Source: Octopus sinensis (Eukaryota). Taken from it: a DNA stretch of 54,392 nt. The translations under genes were made by a program, and so were the position numbers. Shown piece after piece: positions 38,398 through 48,684 of this stretch. The notes under the pieces were generated by a model. That model did not search any database, had not been told where the DNA came from, and worked only from the letters and a program-made list of their open reading frames with translations. The stretch spans positions 1-54,392 of the forward strand of contig NW_021833845.1 in assembly GCF_006345805.1 (NCBI RefSeq), given 5' to 3'. How positions within the stretch are numbered: the first letter of the stretch is position 1; each line of letters starts with the position of its first letter.

Positions 38398-39679
38398 CGA
38401 GGGACGTTCAATAAGTAATGCCTCTAACCCACTCGCAGTTGTTTGATCTAGCTGAAATTTTGCATGTGCAATTATTTATATCTTTATAGATTAAGTGGCA
38501 AATTACAGCTCTGAGCTAATTGTGGTTTCTGATTTACAGATGTTTGAACTGAGTCAAGAGTGAAATAGAGCCTGTTGAGTGTCAAGCAGTGATCTGGTTT
38601 TTGTATTTGAAAGGACGCACACCACGGGAGACTTTTGATGAAATGAAAGTAACTTATGGTGATGATGCCCCATCATATGACCTTGTAAAACGCTGGCATC
38701 GTGAATTCAAACATGGTCGGAACTCTGTGGAAACAGCTCCCAGATCTGGTCGCCCCCCTTCTGCCATTGATGAGGCATCTGTCCGTCAAGTTGAGGCTGC
38801 CATTTTGGAAGATCGACGCATAACTATTCGCCAAATAGCCCATGAGGTCAGATTAGTACCGGGTCTGTGGAAACTATCATTCATTACCATTTGCATATGC
38901 AAAAGGTGTCTGCCAGATGGATTCCCATTGCTCACACCTTTCGAGAGGCAAGAACGCGTCGAGTGCTCAAGGATGAATTTGGAGTTGCCAAGAAGATGAG
39001 TCAAAATTTTTCAAAAACTGATTACACAAGATGAAATCTGGGTCTATCACTATGATCCAGAGACCAAGCCCAGTCAATGCAGTGAAAGCACCATGACTCA
39101 CCTCCTCCAAAGAAGGCAAGGGTGCAGCCCTCCGCTGGCAAGGTCATGCTCACAGTCTGGGACCAGGACGGAGTAGTGATGACAGATTTCCTGGCAAAGG
39201 GTACCACAATTACAGGAGCCTATTATGCTTCACTTTTGAGGAAATTAAGAGAAGCTATCAAAATCAAGAGGCGGAGCAAGATCAGCAAAGGCATCCTCCT
39301 CCTGCAGGACAACGCTCCGGTTCACAACTCGCGTGTTGCCAGATCAGAAGCACAGGCGTGCGGCTATGAACTCCTCCCCCATCCCCTTACTCTCCTGACC
39401 TTGCACCCTCTGATTTTCACCTCTTCCCAGCCATGAAGTTGTTTTTGAAAGGAAAGCGTTTCCCAGATGATGCAGCCTTGATTTCTGAAGTCACGTCGTG
39501 GTTGGAGGACCAAGCTGGGGTCTTCTACAAAAACGGTCTCCAGAGCTGCATCAAACGATGGAAGAAATGCGTAACTCTGAGTGGTTCCTATGTAGAAAAC
39601 GACTAATAACTGTGCCAAGTTTCGTTGCTCTACTGCTATGGGAAGTGGGTCAGGGGCATTACTTATTGAACGCCCCTCG
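38398..39679 (+). mobile_element. Full-length mariner DNA transposon (1282 bp), irritans/Himar1-like
   Basis: 36-bp TIRs CGAGGGRCGTTCAATAAGTAATGCCYCTRACCCACT (3 mismatches); TA TSD at 38396-38397 and 39680-39681; mariner transposase motifs inside. Confidence 0.96.
38565..39606 (+). pseudogene. Mariner DD34D transposase, inactivated (start codon reads ATA, several small deletions, one TGA)
   Basis: HTH region VKRWHREFKHGR..RSGRP; RWIP; ITQDEIWVYHYDPE; LQDNAPVH..YSPDLAPSD with 34 residues between D2 and D3 after frameshift correction. Confidence 0.93.
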
Positions 39680-39729
39680 TATGTATGTATATAATATATA
39701 TATATATATATATATTATATATGGGGGGG

Positions 39730-40035
39730 AGGCGCAATGGCCCAGTAGTTAGGGCAGCGGACTCGCGGTCGGAGGATCACGGTTTCGATCCCCAGACCGG
39801 GGGTTGTGAGTGTTTATTGAGCGAAAGCTCCTGAAGATCCACGATGCTCCGGCAGGGGTGGTGGTGATCCCTGTTGTACTCTTTCGCCACTCTTTCTCAC
39901 TCTTTATTCTGTTGGCCTGCTCGCTTAGCCCGCGGGGTGGCGTCATTTGAAGGCTAAAACAATGCGAAGCGCATTGTGACAAGCGATGTGTAGCAACATC
40001 TGATAGCCTGGCCGGTCACGGTGATCACGGTGATA
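39730..40035 (+). mobile_element. tRNA-Arg-like SINE family C (OR-type) with alternative tail 2
   Basis: Head GGCGCAATGGCCCAGTAGTTAGGGCAGCGGACTCGCGGTC..GGTTTCGATCCCCAGACC; tail GGCCTGCTCGCTTAGCC..GAAGGCTAAAACAATGCG..GGTCACG. Resembles the octopus tRNA-Arg-related OR SINEs (from recall, unverified). Confidence 0.85.
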
Positions 40036-40097
40036 TATATATAACATAGATAAATAAATAAATGGAGTTAAGCGCAAGTGTTATTCAAATCTTTATA

Positions 40098-40185
40098 CTT
40101 CCGACATATGTTTCGAAGAAAATATTGGTATTATTCCAGAAGGAATAAAATGATGTAAAACTATGCAATCTTCTCATCAGCAAAA
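40098..40185 (-). ncRNA. Type-I hammerhead-like motif with a long stem II insert
   Basis: Minus strand: CTGATGA GAAGA-(insert containing a TATTCC/GGAATA hairpin)-TCTTC GAAAC ATAT GTC GGAAG; palindromic ACAUAUGU stem III; stem I starts with a mismatch. Confidence 0.6.
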
Positions 40186-40287
40186 AAAAAGAAACAATAC
40201 GCATCAATAAGACATTTTAACCAAATGTGATTACTGCGTATATGATGAAGGGAACGCTAGTACGTTATTTATTTAAAAACCGTTAAA

Positions 40288-40631
40288 ATATATAAAGTCA
40301 AAGACAATTTATAGAAAAAAAAGGAGGGGAAGAAAGAAATTAGCAGAAAATTAAAAGTGAATATGGTGCGATACGTGAATGGGAATAAAGGTTAAAGATA
40401 TGGAAATAGATATATTTAGTGGAAGTAAATATATCTATATATTTATCCTCGTGCATTCGGTTGTAACTCACACTAACAGTCTACACCCTTGTCATTAAAT
40501 ATATCTATTTCCATGTCTTTAACGTTTATTCCCATTCACGTATCGCACAATATTTCTCCACTTTTAATTTTCTGCTAATTTCTTTCTTCCTCCTCCTTCT
40601 CTTTCCATAAATTGCCTTTGACGTTATATAT
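40288..40631. repeat. Long inverted repeat, arms of ~130 bp with a 77-nt spacer
   Basis: 40288-40418 versus the reverse complement of 40496-40631, colinear with scattered mismatches and small indels. Confidence 0.9.
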
Positions 40632-41002
40632 CTTACTCTTTTACTCTTTCTTGTTTTATCATTTGACTGTGGTCATACTGGAACACCGCCTTTAGTCGAT
40701 CAAATCGACCCCAGAGCATACTCTTTGTAAGGCTCGTACTTATTCTATCGGCCTCTACGGAGATAACTAAGACCAAAGCGACCGGAGAATAGGACTTGAA
40801 CTCCAAACAAAATCAGGTAAGGGGTAGGAAAGATAAATAACTTACAGGATTTGATGGATTATAAGATGCGCTTTTTCAAAAAGAAGTCTCAAGAATGTTG
40901 TCCCAGTTGGATTTCCCATAAACTTTAATGCTCTACACTTTTTCCTAGATATTTGTAGCTGAAATTAGGCTAAGTCTAATATATCTGTGTGTTTGTTTAT
41001 AC

Positions 41003-41039
<37 letters not shown>

Positions 41040-41399
41040 CCAAATACGGTATATCGATGCATATTAGCCTCTTTCTGAAAAGAAAACAATAGTGTAAACA
41101 TGCAATGAATAGTAAGGTTTGGAAAGATAAGGAACAAACCGGCGCTTCTCGAGCAAGGAATAAATAGCCGGCGGGGTCAGATGTCATCTTAAATGAGCTT
41201 TTGATAAAAATGAGTGAGATCATTGCCAGGAAGGTTCGATTTCTGAGAATGCAGAAGATAGAACATATAAAGACAATAAACTGCAGAATTTTTATAACAC
41301 TTGACAAAACACCAGAAGAGGTTAATGTACCAGCCATTGGGAATATTAAGAAATTGGACTAATACTAACGCAGTCAAAAAATCAGCGCATCAAGGTAAG

Positions 41400-42100
41400 A
41401 AATATTCTCAAAGGGAATAAATATATACATTACATACAAGCATGGCTTGTTCTAAGAAAGGTCAGTCATCTCCGAATGGAGTTATTGATGAACATCAAAT
41501 AACAAGGATTGCAGAGTATGGGAAAATGAGTTTAAAAACTTTCGAATATTTAGATTATAAATATTGGATATAGAAAATAATATTGATTTGGAAAATAATT
41601 TCATCAGTAATATCAACAATGGTTGTTGTTCAACATGAAGGTTGAAGAAGTCATAAAATATCAATTATCTAGTTTAATAACAGAAGCTTTTATGCTAACT
41701 TCCGAAACATCTCTTAATATTTAAGGCAGTTCAAGAAACCTTTTCGATATAAAAGCGATATCAAAGAATAGGATCAAATCTGGGAAAGGTGAAGATGTTG
41801 AATTGAATGGAGGGAGATTAACTTATAGGAGCATGAAGAACAAGATTGGAAAGAGTGTGGCTTTTGTTCGTGCATAAAAGCTTTAATTATAAGGTGTTAG
41901 GAAACATGGCAACAGCTGCTGCTGATGTTCTTCAATGTATTACAATAGAAATGTGCATAGAGAGGAAGAAAAAGGCAATTGTGAGCGTAAAGTATAAAGC
42001 ATCTGAATCTAATATGGAAATGTGTAAGGTTTAGGATGAAAGAAATGTTTGCAAGCACAATTCCAAAGGTCATCTTTGTGGAAATTTCTCTATACACCTA
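41400..42100 (+). mobile_element. Possible highly degraded Penelope-like RT remnant
   Basis: YQLSSLITEA/FYANF resembles the PLE RT motif L.SLD...LYTN; multiple stops. Weak. Confidence 0.3.
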
Positions 42101-42234
42101 TTAATTCTGAATAAACACAAAATAACTGAAGACTTTAGCAATTCAATTTATTGCATGGAGACATATACGCGTGAGTATGTGTGTGTATGTGTGTGTGAGT
42201 GTAAATCCGTATCATCATCAATGTCATCATCATC

Positions 42235-42420
42235 ATTTTCAACACCTGGACACTATTGTCTCGGGTCCGGTTTTCCTGACACATAAGTGACGGAGTTCAC
42301 AACAATCCCCTGAACGGGATGCCAGCTCGTCGCAGAGCTTCTCTTTTATAGCTGAGCAGACTGAGGCAACGTGTAATGAAGTGTCTTGCTCAAGAACAAA
42401 GCGCAACGCTCGATCCAGGA
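42235..42420 (-). mobile_element. SINE fragment with a CCTTGAGCAAGACACTT core and a V-domain-like segment
   Basis: Minus strand: TTCTTGAGCAAGACACTTCATTACACGTTGCCTCAGTCTGCTCAGC..GAGCTGGCATCCCGTTCAGGGG..GGAAAACCGG. Confidence 0.6.
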
Positions 42421-42654
42421 ATATAAAAGACAAAACAGGGAACTACTTTCAGGGATCATTTCCCAGCTTATTGTTTGTCTTGTTGGTCTTTTTATGGCTT
42501 TTGTTTGTGGTATACGGAAGCACTTATAGGAAAATGATGGATACCAATAAATTGAAAAACAAGCAATCATTTCGCAAATAATTTACAGATTTTTGTGGAA
42601 TAAAATTACGGAAAAGACATCGATAAAGCATGAGATACACCTGAATATGTTTAA

Positions 42655-43490
42655 ATAGGCAGAGGTTGGGTGAGTGGTTAATAAGCCCGCTTTGCAACCA
42701 GCTGCTTAGCGATATCATAAGCAAATTCCTTCCACTGGAGCCCTGGGTAGGCCAATTCCGTGCGAGTTGGTTTGGTAGAGGGAAACTTTACGCAAGCCTA
42801 TTGTGTGTGTGTGTGTGCGTGTGTGTGTGTGTGTGTGTCTGTCGTGGGACTCCGTCGGTTGCGACTACGTGGGTTCCAGTTGATCCGATCAACGGAACAG
42901 CCTGCTCGTGAAATTAACGTGCAAGTGGCTGAGCATTCCACAGACACGTGTACTCTTTGCGTAGTTCTCGGGGAGATTCAGCGTGACAAGGCTGACCCTT
43001 TGAAATATAAGTACGACAGAAACAGGAAGAAAGAGTGAGAGAAAGTTGTGGTGAAAGAATACAGCAGGGTTCGCCAGCCCACCCCCTACAGGAGCCTCGT
43101 GGAGCTTTAGGTGTTTTCAAGCAATAAACACTCACAACGCCGGTCTGGGAATTGAAACCGCGAGTCCGCTGCCCTAACCACTGGGTCATTGCGCCCCGAT
43201 TATATATATATATATATAGATACACACATATATGTATACATATACGTGTGTGCGTTTGTGCGCGTGTGTGTATATATGTTTGAGTGTATTCTTTGTCTGT
43301 GTTTAGCCTCGAAAGCCGACAAACCAACAACAGGTGTTGGTTTGTTTCTGTTCTTATAACCTAGCGGTTTGGCAAAATGACCGAATTAGTATCATCTTAA
43401 AAATAAGAGCTGGGATTGGTTTGTTCAATGAAACCTTTCAAAGCATGCCCCAAATGGTCGCAATTCAATAACTAAAACAAACAAGAAAAG
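42655..43490 (+). mobile_element. Old SINE family A copy split by a nested family C insertion
   Basis: 5' half at 42655-42800 and 3' half at 43290-43490, with the internal microsatellite interrupted. Confidence 0.65.
42844..43197 (-). mobile_element. tRNA-Arg-like SINE family C (OR-type) with tail 1, full-length
   Basis: Minus strand: GGGGCGCAATGACCCAGTGGTTAGGGCAGCGGACTCGCGG..AAAGCTCCACGAGGCTCC..ACGTTAATTTCACGAGCAGGCTGTTCCGTTGATCGGATCAACTGGAAC..CGACGGAGT. Confidence 0.9.
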
Positions 43491-43854
43491 AAAAATATAT
43501 ATATTATATGACAATAATTACCAAATAAAGCAAAATAGAAAGATAGAGAGAGAGAGAGAAAGAGAGAGATAAGGAGAGAAAGAGAGAGTCATGGATCACA
43601 AATGGATTACAAATGTCTACATAAACAGCATGCAGTATCTTCTATTTTTCCTTGTTTCAGTCATTAGACGGCGGTCATGCTGGGGCATCGCCTGAAGAAT
43701 TTTCAGTCGAATGAATCGAGAATTAGTAAAATATAAAGTTATAAAGGCGAAAGAGAAATATAATATAAAAGAAAAAAAAATATTGGCTAATATCATGAGA
43801 GTATTAAAGAAAGAGTATTTTAGGAAAATATTGGAAAATAATAAAGATATATCG

Positions 43855-44744
43855 ATTTTCAAATTCAAGGCAAGGAAATTCGGAAAAGAGTATGGGTCGA
43901 TTACAAAGACCCCAGCGCTCGACTCCTACTTATTTTATCGTTCCCGAAAGGATGAAAGCTAAGTTGACCACGGTGGAGTTTGAACTCAAGATGTAAAGAC
44001 GGATGAAACGCAGCTAAACATTTCGTCCGGCATGCTAACGATTCTGCCAGTTCGTTGACTTAATAATCCTTTCTACTGCAAGCACAAGGCCTCAAATTTG
44101 GGGGAAAGGATTAAGTCGATTACATCACCTTATTGAGAGTAATATTGGCTTCAAATTTTGGAACCAGGCCGGCAATTTCGGGAGTAGGGAGCTAAGTCGA
44201 TTAGATCCACCCCAGTGATCCAATGGTATTTATTTTATCGACCCCCGAAAGGATGAAAAGCAAAGTTGACCATAAATTACAACGAATTGTTGCTAAACAT
44301 TTTGTCTGACCTGCTAACGATTCTGCCAGCTCGTTGACTTAATAATCCTTTCTACTGCATGAACAAGGCCTCAAATTTGGGGGAAGGGATGAAGTCGATT
44401 ACATCGACCCCAGTGCGTAACTAGTGTTTAATTTATCGACCCCGAAAGGAGGAAAGACAAAGTCGACCCCGGCGGAATTTGAACCCATAACGTAGCAACG
44501 GGCGAAATACCTATTTCTTTACTACCCACAAGGGGCTAAACACAGAGAGGACAAACAAGGACAGACAAACGGATTAAGTCGATTATATCGACCCCAGTGC
44601 ATAACTGGTACTTAATTTATCGACCGCGAAAGGATGAAAGGCAAAGTCGACCTCGGCGGAAATTGAACTCAGAACGTAACGGCAGACGAAATACGGCTAC
44701 GCATTTCGCCCGGCTTGCTAACGTTTCTGCCAGCTCGCCGCCTT
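43855..44744 (-). mobile_element. Head-to-tail cluster of SINE family B units with three different tails
   Basis: Repeated GCTGGCAGAAWCGTTAGC heads and CATCCTTTCGGGGTCGAT cores; the unit at ~44511-44744 is near consensus and has the Tx1-like tail. Confidence 0.88.
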
Positions 44745-44809
44745 TCAACATATTGGCAAACTTTATCCTGGAAAAAAGTCAAATTCCTTAAGAAGCACAA
44801 ATTACTAAT

Positions 44810-45545
44810 TATTATCGACTATTACTAATTCAGAACAAACAGACCAACCTCTTTGACTCTAACTGAATTAATTGAAGAAATTAATTATCTAGACAATAAA
44901 GTATTGCAATGGAAGTTGCAAACGGTGACAATAGATTAGGAAAGTACGGTACAAGAGGTTAGGTTTAATTAATTGAGAAGCTATTTAAGAGGCAGTCGAC
45001 AATTTGTGGCTTTGTACATTGCTCGAGGAGTACCCCGTAGATCTATGCTTTTGTTAAAACTGTGCATTTTTACATATGCAGGGTATCAAAAATTCGGAAA
45101 TTTGTTTTATCCACAGACGATACAAATATGTTTCTTTTTTATACTGTTTATTGTTTATTTTTATTTATTTACTGGTGTTTTTTGTTGTTTTTTGGGAGTC
45201 TTTTTATATATATATTTTTCTTTTATCTGGGGAGAATTTACAGCAACAGTTAGAGTTAGTTGACAAATGAGAAAATTAAATCGATAGTTTCACACAAACA
45301 AATTATTAAAATTGAACAAAATAAAGATTATATTGCTTTGAAATTATAAAATAAATACTGAAGTAAAAGTTATGAGAAATAATGTCTGAAAAAATTGTAT
45401 GAAAATAAATTACTGCTTGCGGTGTTAAATCCGTTAGGAACATTATATAAAACATGAGAGAGAAACGATGCCAAGAAATATTCATGCTTTTGGAAAAACA
45501 AAGCACATTTTGAATCTTTCAATACGGCGCACAGTATTTGGTTCT
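44810..45545 (+). mobile_element. Degraded CR1/L2-superfamily (Crack/Daphne-like) LINE RT fragment
   Basis: FRTNRPTSLTLTELIEEI..GKYGTRG..LRSYLRGSRQFV..GVPRRS..CRVSKIRKFVLSTDDTNMF..GENLQQ: RT motifs GVPQGS and FADD in decayed form, with a T-rich insertion at ~45140-45230. Confidence 0.75.
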
Positions 45546-45944
45546 TATATTTGGTGTGCAAAATTCTTCATGTAAACATGAAACAGATTTGGTTGTATCA
45601 CGGGGGGTAGTGTCATTGGGCCATTAATAAACACACACACTGGTTAAATTTCACTTCATTTATTATTATTGGTTCATTTGGTATGGATACAGTATTTCGT
45701 TTTGCAACTATAATATAGGCAATGTGCTCGCGGATAGTTAAAGGACTGGGTGTGATACTGTAGACGGAGTAATAGCTACCGGAATATAAGTAAACACCCA
45801 TTACCTATTTTTCTGTCTTCGATCGAATTGTTTACAGGGACGTATTCGTAAAGAAGACATCGTCACTTTCAGTGCTGGCTCCAAATTCTATAGATCAATC
45901 GACAGGGATAATCTTAAAAGTGATTTATCGCATTGCTAACACGA

Positions 45945-45946
<2 letters not shown>

Positions 45947-46009
<63 letters not shown>

Positions 46010-46016
46010 CAGACAA

Positions 46017-46055
<39 letters not shown>

Positions 46056-46058
46056 TAC

Positions 46059-46151
<93 letters not shown>

Positions 46152-46181
46152 GTTCGATAGATAGACAGACAGATAGGTAAG

Positions 46182-46217
<36 letters not shown>

Positions 46218-46224
46218 CAGACAA

Positions 46225-46266
<42 letters not shown>

Positions 46267-46333
46267 GACAGACAGCAGACATACAGACAGACAGACAGAC
46301 ATACAGATAGATAGATAGATAGATAGATAGATA
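45947..46333 (+). repeat. (GATA)n/(GACA)n compound tetranucleotide array
   Basis: Direct reading. Confidence 0.97.
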
Positions 46334-47315
46334 TTGTTTCTTTATTAGCCACACAGGGCTGCACACAGATAGAACAAAACAAGGTAGAGCTTTTCTTTTG
46401 AAGGTTTAAAAAAAAAAAAAAAAAAAAGGAAGGGGGAGTTTCGATCAAAAGGGATCGTAAAAGGAGAGAAAGAGGACAAAAAAAGGGGGGGTTAAAAAAA
46501 AAAACAAAAACAAAAGGGGGGAGAAAAAAAATTGATCAATAGGGATCGTTATTACAGAAATGTCAATATGAAGTGTAAAGGGGAGGAGGTGAGGTTTACC
46601 CGTGGAAAGAAAAGCCTACGGAAAAGACCACGGTAACCTCGGTCAATGAAGTCACATTTTATATTTCTTTTTTTTTTTTTTTTTTTGCAAATAAGCAACT
46701 CTGTTTTCGATTCTGGGTTCATAGGACTATGCTCAAGGTGGCTTCGTCATTCATACGTGCCATTCTTGCTACATTCACCCATCTTTTTTTAAAACATTCG
46801 CTAGACAAAACTTGCCTCTCTACTCCACTTTTCCTTTTCAAGTGGTACTTGAAGAAGTTGATGAGAGATTGACCAGAGAGGAAAGTGTTTGTCTCCAATC
46901 CTTTCAGACGCGTCCACCAGATACATTCTTTCGCCATAGCCACAAGGATGATGAAAATAGCTCTTCCTTCCCGTTTGAAGGAAGGAGGCGTGACAATATT
47001 GACGATAGACTCAGCTGATAAACCGACTCGTCCCACACGTGACAGCAGTTGTTCGACATAAGCCCACAGGTCGGAAATTGTTGGACACTGAACGAGTGCG
47101 TGCAGAACGGTTTCGTCGCTCTGACCGCATCTCGGGCAGGTCGGCCCCGTGTTTCTCGAGCCGTGTCTGTAGAGCTTATCCCGAACGGGTAGCGCTTCTC
47201 GGTAGCACTGCCAGGCCAGGGATCTCTGGAAGTTGTCCATGGGCCCTGGCTTTGGTTGTGTTGAAGTCACTTAAGGTCGACCCAGGACGGCAGAGTTGCT
47301 TGAGAGCAACGCGAC
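46334..47315 (-). mobile_element. 5'-truncated Tx1/L1-clade LINE (ORF2 C-terminus plus 3' UTR) flanked by (GATA)n
   Basis: Open frame 47270-46719 with a zf-RVT-like region AWQCYREALPVRDKL..CPRCGQSDETVLHALVQCP..LW and AKECIWWTR..FKKRW; ~385-nt 3' UTR ending AATAAAGAAACAA. Confidence 0.9.

Positions 47316-47412
<97 letters not shown>
47316..47412 (+). repeat. (GATA)n array
   Basis: Direct reading; abuts the 5' junction of the Tx1 element. Confidence 0.97.
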
Positions 47413-47888
47413 TACATATATATATACACATACACGTGTTTATACGAGTGTGTGCGTGTGTGTGTCTGTCTGTGTGTCTGTCTGTGTCTGTGTGTGTATG
47501 TGTGCGTGCATGCGTGCGTGCGTGTGCGTGTGCGAGTGTGTGTGTGTATACAAGTATATGAATATGCATGAAGGCAAGCAGTACGAATATAACAAAAAAT
47601 TATCAAATTATCTGTAGAAATTGCAAACATCCAAATCTTTAAAAAGCACCGAATTCATTCATTAATCAACGGACCGCTCCTTCGGTGTTTTATCAGAATA
47701 GAAAGAAACTTGCATTAAAAAAAAAACTAAAAACCATTTTAACATTTATTTAAAATTGATTAAGATTCCAGAATTAAATAAAATTATGAAAGCTTCCTAA
47801 ATTTATAACATGCATATATATGCATGTATGCATATTTGTGTGTGTGCGTGCGCGTGTATGTATATATATATATGTGTGTATGTGTATG

Positions 47889-47919
<31 letters not shown>

Positions 47920-48034
47920 GTATTTGTACGTATGTTTACAAATGCTTGTTTTTATGTAAAAATTAATCTAAAAGATTACTCTATACATTTGTAGAGTACA
48001 AATTTATTATTCACTAAAAAAAATAGTACTGATA

Positions 48035-48445
48035 GGCGCAGGAGTGGCTGTGTGGTAAGTAGCTTGCTTACCAACTACACGGTTCCGGGTTCAGTCCCAC
48101 TGCGTGGCACGTCGGGCAAGTGTCTTCTGCTATAGCCTCGGGCCGACCAAAGCCTTGTGAGTGGATTTGGTAGATGGAAACTGAAAGAAGCCCGTCGTAT
48201 ATATGTATATATATGTGTGCGTGTATATTTGCGTGTCTGTGTCTGTCCCCTTAGCATTGCTTGACAACCGATGCTGGTGTGTTTATGTCCCCGTCACTTA
48301 GCGGTTCGGCAAAACAGACCGATAGAATAAGTACTGGGCTTACAAAGAATAAGTCCCGGGGTCGAGTTGCTCGACTAAAGGCGGTGCTCCAGCATGGCCG
48401 CAGTCAAATGACTGAAACAAGTAAAAGAGTAAAAGAGTAAAGAGT
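48035..48445 (+). mobile_element. SINE family A, full-length, low divergence
   Basis: GGCGCAGGAGTGGCTGTGTGGTAAG (A-box), GGTTCAGTCCC (B-box), internal (TA/TG)n, tail (GTAAAAGA)n. Confidence 0.93.
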
Positions 48446-48525
48446 ATAGAGACTTCGAAACTTCGGCCAGTATATATAGCTACTGAACCTTTTTCTATTT
48501 TCTCCCTCTGCTTATTTCTGTGGTC

Positions 48526-48561
48526 CTTTCTGTTGAAGAGCGTAGGCTCGAAACGTAAAAA
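48526..48561 (+). ncRNA. Hammerhead-like motif, CUGUUGA core variant
   Basis: CTTT CTGTTGA A GAGC gtag GCTC GAAAC GTA AAAA, inside a short element ending in (TA)n at ~48650. Confidence 0.55.
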
Positions 48562-48646
48562 ACTTTCTCATTTCATGAGCGTTAAACTAATACATCTGTT
48601 TATTGTTTACATACCCGTCTTCGTGTTTTGTTTTTTTCGTAAATTC

Positions 48647-48679
<33 letters not shown>

Positions 48680-48684
<5 letters not shown>

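Noticed and set aside
39730-39800. tRNA-Arg gene
   Set aside because: The tRNA-like head lacks a proper acceptor stem and continues into SINE core and tail sequence present in several copies.
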